A stretch of DNA of 61,291 nt, the filler included, from Catajapyx aquilonaris (taxonomy: Eukaryota), in NCBI GenBank assembly GCA_000934665.2. It is 2 parts of 2 records of this genome, joined end to end, with 100 filler letters (N's around TTAATTAATTAA, not from the genome) between each part and the next. Parts side by side here need not be neighbours in the genome. Positions count along the whole stretch, not along the records: positions 30,722 to 61,291 come from JYFJ02004631.1; 1 more part is not named here. One strand, written 5' to 3'. The translations under genes were made by a program, and so were the position numbers. Every line of letters begins with the position of its first letter. Positions within the stretch are counted from its first letter, which is position 1. This document shows positions 53,201-61,291 of the stretch, piece after piece. Under the pieces are notes generated by a model, which saw only the letters and a list, made by a program, of their open reading frames with translations, did no database searches and was not told the origin of the DNA.

Positions 53201-56200
53201 TAAATAAGCCAAAATTTGCACTACCCCCTTATTTTTTTATTAGATTTATTCCACCCTTAAGGGGGCTTGGCACCAAGGTGAAATCATGGGGTTGGCAACT
53301 CATGCTTAAACCAGTCGGTTATGCAAATTCAAGCCAAAGGTAACCGCTATCGTAGATTGTTACGCTTGCTCAGATGGCTCGAAAGATGCGCAAAAAAAAA
53401 AGAGCGAGACCTGTCCTGAGGTACCATCAACCCGTACCTGCCCACTGCCCTTCCATGACCCTCAAGGTCCTCTTCATTTACGGTTTTTAAGCACTTTTTT
53501 TGTTTCTTCCAAGCCTGCCTTTTAGAACGACCCACTTGTACCTCACACCCCCTCCGTTAAAAAAAATATATAAATGTTGCAGATAAGAAAATATACTGTT
53601 TTCTCTGCGGTGGCGGTTTAGTTATATTCACGCCCTCCTTCATATGAATATCACTGGTGAAAAGAAACGTAAGTGGAGCTTGTTGGCAATGTGTTTTCTC
53701 CCAGGTGCATGGCCATAATTTGGTGCAAGTTGCATGCACCAGACCTCGCATATTTAAAGGTTTGCTGGATTTCTAGGAGCGACGGAACAAACGTAATGTG
53801 CAGTCAGGACAAGGGCAGACATAACACAATGCAGTAGGCTCGTCATGTTACATTGCAAGGAAGGTCATGTCCTCTTTAGACGATAAACTTATGTTCCGGA
53901 GACTAAATAACGCGCATCCTTTTCCAATCCATGCGTTGATTCCGTTCCTTCTTATCGCTCTCGAAAACACTTGTTTTCCACCACCTAATACCATTCTGTA
54001 AAAAAATTAAAAGAGAAGGGTATTGCACCCCTTGAAAAATAGTTGAACTTCTTCCGGCATGTTTAAAAAAAAGGAATTGACGAATAGTGTTGAACCATGC
54101 AATTTGTAGGAGAGGCCAAAAAATGTTGAGTGGCACAATCGTTCGCCAGTGTGGCGAATGCTTTTGACTCGCCCTGTGATTTGAATGGGGCTTGGAGGAA
54201 GCGGTTGGCTGCTAAAGCCCATCATCTTCCGTGGAAATGGAACTAAACTTTGCTGCACACATGCCAACAAAAATGCTTAACATTGCGAAATTCCGGTGAT
54301 CCATCTGTATATAGCTAAATATTTAGTAGGCAATTACCGTAAAAAAATTTGGGTGGACTCGGAACGTGTGAGAAATAAAATGGAATCGGTTTAGCTGGCA
54401 ACGTCTCAAGTTTGGGACGAAGTATACACTAGGCGCTGCGAACTCGTCAGGTGAATGACTCCTTTCGTGGCCACTTACGGGAAGCGAAGGACTTGGAGGA
54501 GATGCCTCCAAGGGAACCAAGGTTGGAAGGAGCGGCCACTATCACGTATATGCTGGATTCGTACTCAGAAAATGCCACGAGAGGAGTTGGAGTGGAAAGA
54601 AAAACAAGCAACAACAATGGTGCGAGATCATACGCCTTGCGACTCGCAAATATTATTGGAAGATGACTCAAATATGAATGTATTGAGCACATTATAACCT
54701 AACATGTATTGAAGCAATTACGTGTAGTAATTAAACCGCGCAAATTTATTCAATGTGCGAGCACAATGGCCGTCAATTTCATAATCGTGTCACACGATTG
54801 TTCTGTGTGTTTGCGATTAGGGCGAGTTTGGCCCTCAAGCGCAGAAATGATCAGATTGGTCAGATATGAAACGCGAAGTTTGCTAATTTGTCTCAATATT
54901 ATACCATTTCGGGGGCTTCCGCAATTTAATAGTAATTATGACGTCTTAGGAAATGAGGCGTGAGAATCCACGGCGGATGTAACACACCCTTTTCAAAGAA
55001 ACTTGTTACTTGCATAATTTTTGCACCTTGCTTTTATTTCACATGTATACAGTTACTATCTGGAATACGACATTTATTGCTGATGTCATGTACATGCAAG
55101 AGAGAAGCGATTGTATGAATTTTTTATGAGTATGCACATATCTTTCAAGACAAAAAATTGTGCTTTCAGATAGACATACAGTATACCGTAATTGGGAATG
55201 TTCATTATTCGATTATAAGTATGAGAGCAAATATCCAGTGTTCCTTACGCTACATTGAATACAAGTAATAAGTAGGCCTATTACAGACATGATTATATAC
55301 CTTGCAGTGAGTTTTAAAACTTCCAATTAAATTCCCACTGTGCTGAGCTGTATAGTCTCAGAGAAGAAAAGATTAGCATAAATGATGAAAACAAAAATAT
55401 GCAGGCCAGAAAACGTGTCTCAAAGTTCCATATTATTACCCTTGTTTCCTTCCTCTATTCTTCGACCAATTCACAGAAGGTCATAAAATTTGTGTTTCTG
55501 GTATTACGGTCTAAATATTTTACGTGCACGAATGGGCAGAAGACAAGTGGCCTAGTGAAAAAAGGTCGCAAAACCTTATTTTTTGAAACAAATGCCCTGA
55601 ATATTCACTGAACGCACAGTAAAGGATATTTGGGGCGAAAAAAATCATTATGGTGCAATAATATTCCAAGCGCTATTCAAATGATCCTAAAATTGGTGCA
55701 AAGACAATAAACCGAGCCAGTTATTATCTCTGCCCGTCTTGTACTGTATGAGTTGAATTAAAATAGCACGGCGAATACATCATCAGTGCATGACAGGATA
55801 TGTTATGGAAACTAATGGTAAAAGTCCTTAGTGCATGAAAAACGATTACTTAAAATAGATTGCAGACAAATATTTTTTCCATCGTCCTAGACCTTGTGCA
55901 TTTGTTGCTACGTTTTGAAGAAGAATCTTATAAATAAATCCTACTTGTGCAATAGTGTGACGTTTCATAACAGCAATATATTCCAGAATATATTTAGACC
56001 TGATACTATCAAGATTTGTATACATTTGCATATTATTTGCGTAATTTTTATCCTACTTTATTGTTCTGGGGTAGTATGAAAATATAATGATATTTTGCTA
56101 TGTGCTGAATATTATTTGCTCATGCAGAACTTTCGACTCAAATTTGTCAATCTCTTATCTCACTGCCTCATTAGCTCTGGGAAAGAACTTTTCCTACGTA

Positions 56201-58581
56201 TATCACATGAGAAAAATGAACGGGAAAGAAAATGGTACGGCCCCAGTGAGTGGAACTCGTTACAAATTGTCAGAGAGGAAAAAAAAACGTACTGCTCAGA
56301 CCTAATAATTTCACTTATTTTCTCTTATATGCGCCAGTCACTACAAAGCACACATTTTTTTTCTGCGAAAAAATCTTTGTTATGCAAGCAAACTAGAAAA
56401 CTGTATATCAAACCCGGGAAGCTGTAATAAGTGGAAGCACATGCATAAACTTTCACGTCTGTTTGCTTTTGTCTCGTATTATATTTTATCAGATCCAAAC
56501 CACAGCAGCTTTTACGTTCAGATTACACAGCTGACCCACACCCCAGCTCGAGACCATAACAGTGTCCCAGGAGGAGTCAAGGGGGACAAATTTTCCGATC
56601 CCATGATTAAAGTGGACGTTCACGAGACCAGGGCAAAGTACCACTACTAGCAGATCTGCATGGTGACGCGATCGGTTTATCTGATGACGACTCGGCATGG
56701 ACAGTTCGCATTCTTGTGCTAATCTCCTCTGCCTAACGGTGATGGCCCTACTCGACTGATACAGTTGGGTATTGGGACCCGCTATATCGCACAAACTAAT
56801 TATTAAATTGAATTGGGCGAGAGGAAGCTGAGGATTTCCTTGTTGCTGCGTGAAAACCAACTCAACTCTATAGCGCGTTATCCAAGCGTTACCTTTTACT
56901 AAAGTCTTCAAGGACTAGCCAAAAAATTTAACAGATTCCAAATCCTGATTACGTGCCTTCTCTTTTTGGGGTCTAACCTCCCATTAGGTGATATGGAACC
57001 TGCATTGTTGCTGAGGATTACTGTACATGAATCGTGCCGGATTTCTGTCGGATTAGGCCATTATTAATTTGTGACGGGTTATAGGGCACGTTACTGGGAA
57101 CTGTAATGTGGAAAGTACAGCGTTAAGTACCGAATTATTTTTGCCTGACCTATACGTATCTCGTTCAGAGTGATCAATTTGTACCATATAGGTGCGCATA
57201 AGTGCCGTTTAAAAAATAATATTATATTAATAACTGCACCATTCGATAAGTTTCATTTCTTGACATATTGGGCATCTGCAAATGATTAATTTCTGTTTTT
57301 TTCGAATATTGTGGAAAATTCATGAAATTTGTACTGTACAAGGTAACGTCATTCAGTGGTAGGTTCCAAACTAAAAATATGGAATTAAAAATCATACTTC
57401 GCAAGCTGCACTCTCTCGATTGGTTTAAATAATATTTTAATAGGTTTTCCAAGTCGACAATTTTGCTTTCGTGGTCATTTCTTTTTACCCAAGACCTACA
57501 GGGTGTGTCAAAATATTTGCCGAAGTCACCTAACTTCTAATCGCGGAATTAACATGCTAATTTTGACAGTGTTGATTTAGTCAACAATCTGGGCTAGTAC
57601 AAACATCAACTTTAATAATAGTTATTAAAAGTATGAATAATAATTATTACAGTTGATGACCTCAAATGCTCAACGTCTTGGAATTCTTCGATGCAGATTC
57701 ACCGGCCGTAATATTTATTCTCTTGCAAAACTGCAATATTTTATGTCCTTATACAATGCTGCACCCCCTTCATTGCAACCGTTTAAAATGAATAACAGGC
57801 AACAAAAAATTGTGGGGGCGGCACTGCATGTACAATAAGTCTCCTTACAGAAAAAAAGAGCGTATGACCCACACATTCATGTTTTTCCAAGTTGTTAGAA
57901 CGGTACTTGGAGGGAATGCAGGCGCCTCACGACCAATACACACGTATTGTCCAGTGACCCTATCCCCCGCATATGGCCAATCGTTTGGCACGAGTCTAGC
58001 TTCTTTTTTGGCAACCCAGGAACATGCGGAAGCTGCTCATGGGAAGAGGAACCGTACGGTACACCCCCACTCTTCCGTATAAAAAATTCCCCCTCCGACT
58101 CTACGTGCAATAACAACGTTGGTCACGCCATCAAGCTCCCAGAGATTCGGTTCGAAATGGATGACAGAGCAAAACAACAAGCATGGTCCTTTTATATATC
58201 AAAAAATCCGACCCCGTTCCTTCAGAAATGAAACGTGCTGTTACGTCAATCCCCCATGCATTGTTGCTGCTGGTTTGATTCACGGCCCGATTGAGAATCC
58301 AGTCGGTGCTGGACCAGTCGACGCCCATTTTCACGACGGTGTGAGAAAAAGGAGACCCTTTGGCCACACGTTATGACAAGATTGCACACCTGGGTGGAAA
58401 AGTAAGGCTTTCACGTTCTCATGAATTAGTCACGGCTAGTTTCGCGATAAATAAGTCAGTGCTTTTAAGAGCTGCGAGTTCTGAAATGTGACTGTGCGTG
58501 ACATGGGGGGACAGCCGAGGGGTGGTCCAGGCCTTTTAAAATGTGTGTACAATTCGGCGTTTTATTTGGTAATTGCAGAGC

Positions 58582-61291
58582 ATGCAAGAGATGTGGGAGC
58601 TGAGCCCGATGGAACGCAGGTACTCGGTACCGCCAACTGGTGCCCCCAACATTGAAGCACAGGGTGCAGGGCGTGGCTCAACTTCTGAGGACCTTCACGC
58701 CTGGTCCATTTACAGACAGAACCTCAACTCGGACTTTACCGACTCTGCTTTGGGCAGCTCGGAAAAGTCGCCGTTGCCTTATGGCAACTTCCAGCTCAGG
58801 GAATCCACAGTTCATTCCATCATCAACCATCCTAGGTAATTTATGGCAACGCATATATTAAATTGCGGTTAATGCTCCGTTTTTAATCATCAGATATGGA
58901 CCGAAATCAGAACTGGGTTCGAACATGTACACGTACCTCAAGTTCGGTCTGCCCCGGGTCCTGCCCCCATCCAGGGCGCCCCGGGAAGGCTCGAGCGGGT
59001 ACGACTCCAGCGACGATGGCTCGCCTGCTCTCGGCAACCGAAATTTCAAGAGGGCCAGAAGCGACCCCGATTTTCGCAACCAAGTCATACACCGACAGGT
59101 AAACTATATTATTGGTACACTATTCTGGACCGGTATACATGGTTGTATTTGCAGGAAGTTGCTGGCAGTGTGGCGTGGCGAGAGAGGGAGAGGCGACTGA
59201 AGAGTAGCAGTGAGGCCAATCTGTTGACCCACGACTCGTACTATCGGGACAGAGAGAGGACAGCGTCCCGATCTGCTTCCAGGGTTGCTCAGCATGACAC
59301 CTACTCGGACGTAGGCCTTGTTTATCAGGTAAGTACAATTATTTGCTCGTAATTACGTTTGATCATAAATGAATGCGCCTGCAGGGTCGGCGACCAGGCT
59401 CCAAAGCTGGATCTCAGCTATCGATGGCATCTCGCCATTCAAGATCCTCCAGGGCTACTGGTTTGGGGATGATTGGGGGCGGAGGTGGAGGAGGTGTGAT
59501 CAACGGGAGCTACGCAAGAGGATCGCGTCTCTTACCGGACAAACTGGTGGCCAAAGACGGCCTTCTCACGCCTCTGCCTGGAGAAGTTGAGGCCGTCGCA
59601 TTCAAGCATCCGCATCTGCAGGTGGGTAACAAAAGTTGCGCATCCGTACTGCGCACACATGCGCAGTACGGATGCGCGTTGGTGGACCTGCGCTGTATAG
59701 TTGCGCATTAGCAAACATGCGCAGAATGCATGCGCGTTGGCGAACCTGTCATGTGCAAACACGCGAAGAATGCAAGGGACAGAAACTAATTACTGTCCAA
59801 CCCTAAATTAACTCTGAAGAGTCACGATTGGTCCCGTTTCAGGTGCGCAACCTGACGTACGAGATAACAGGTGGCAAGGTGCCCCGCCGGCTGCTGGATG
59901 GCATCTCCTTGGAGGTCCGCGGTGGAGAAATCCTGGCTGTCATGGCTACAAGTGGTGAGTTACTCGCCTGCAACTTAGTCATTTGTCAATGCTGGAAGCT
60001 GCCACACCCAGAGCAAAGCTGTAATAATTGCGAGTGAGACGAAACTACGTAGATTGGGCACGGTTCAATCAGATGGAAAAATAGAAAGTTAACCTTCAGG
60101 TGGTGTTGCGCCTTCGAAAGGGAAATGGTATGCTCTGGAAGGTACTTGAAAAAATAAAAAATAAATGGAGGGAGTAATGAAGGCTCTTTCCCGCGACCTT
60201 CACGGTACCACAACACACTACTCCACCGGATGTTGCGTAAAGCACGTGCGCAATTTCCCCTTTAAAACACCCGAGCTTCCTCAGATGCGCCCAAAAACCA
60301 TTCATGAGGAACGTGTTACGCTCCAAACAGTAACAATACTGTATTTTTTCTCTCTCTCTATACACAGATGAGGAAGGCACTGCGCTTCTGGAAGTTTTGT
60401 CCAATCACCACTCCAGATGGGGAACCAGGCTGATGGGCGATATTGTCCTGAACGGAATGTCCGTAACTCCGAGCAAACTGGGTGATAGATTAGCCTTCGT
60501 ACAAAGGGACCACGATTTTCACACGGACCTCAGCGTGAGACAGACCATGCTTTTCCACGCGCTTCTTCAGGAACCTGGTGCTTCTCCAAGAGCACGAGAC
60601 ACCAAAGCGAGGGTACGGATATCTACAGTATATGACCAACATGATTATCGGCACACGCAATGTTTGAAAAAAACAAAATATCCCGGCGGAAATAGATAAC
60701 ATAATGACGCATTGCATTACAACCAGAGGCACTGCTTGCAGCAACAATGATCAAGAGTGAAAGGGTTAACTGTCGTGTGAACCTGACCGTGAGAGATTTA
60801 TAGCCTGATTTTTTTATTCATTCGATATATCTGCAGGTCATAGGTGTATTTTGCTCATTTTTTTGTTATTGCCCTGAATAGTTGTTTTTTTTCCTCCAAG
60901 TAAAAATGAGGGCAATGGCCAAGTAACAAGCGGGTCTTTGCTCCCTTGAACGAAAGTGAGCATGTCTATTTAGTCATGCATCAATGGTACCGTTGGAATT
61001 GTCAATGCCATAATGGGCTTTTGTTGCCCATTCATGCTTGTACTGTGCTTCTGCCGTACCGTGCGTGGAGAATGCAACAAACAAGATCAGTTATACCTGC
61101 ATACGTAATAAATTGAACTGTCTTAAAATAGTACCACGTGTTAGTGTAACCTTCATGAAACTGATGACATTTGTTTCATGGTTTAGATCAGCGCGTTGAT
61201 AGAAGACCTTGGTCTGGGCCAAGTGAAGCACACCAGGATATCGGACCTGACCCTGTCTGAACGTCAGCGTCTGAGCGTAGCATGTCACCTA
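58582..61291 (+). CDS. ABCG8: ABC transporter subfamily G half-transporter, ABCG8-like, 5' part (runs off the window)
   Basis: Exons 58582-58835, 58894-59098, 59155-59328, 59385-59621, 59843-59954, 60368-60612 and 61187->61291, phase-consistent. N-terminal SEDLHAWSIYRQNLNSDFTDSALGS and YTYLKFGLPRV recall the Drosophila CG31121 group; NBD start LLDGISLEVRGGEILAVM; divergent from the ABCG5-like gene. Confidence 0.82.

Overview
Eukaryotic, almost certainly arthropod, genomic DNA: short 55-60 nt GT-AG introns, (CCTAA)n repeat and an arthropod-type H2B N-terminus. A 100-bp artificial linker (30622-30721) splits the window, so the two halves may not be truly adjacent. Left half: four exons of nucleoprotein TPR/Megator (876-5092) stop mid-protein. 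After 5.6 kb of nested transposon debris come only the last four exons of USP47 (10720-13100), on the same strand and in the same splice phase, suggesting a chimeric gene or a misjoin. Next are SINEs/MITEs and a single replication-dependent histone cluster (about 19.97-27.13 kb). It holds frameshifted H2A, H2B and H1, two fragments, an intact divergent H2A, a slightly altered H4 and an intact H3 whose K27 region is replaced. Right half: a two-exon single-pass membrane protein resembling KCNE/MinK channel beta-subunits (40620-41304) and a head-to-head ABCG5-like/ABCG8-like pair whose ATPase motifs look degenerate in both partners. All gene models were assembled by eye from splice signals and frame continuity; family calls rest on remembered motifs, not database searches.
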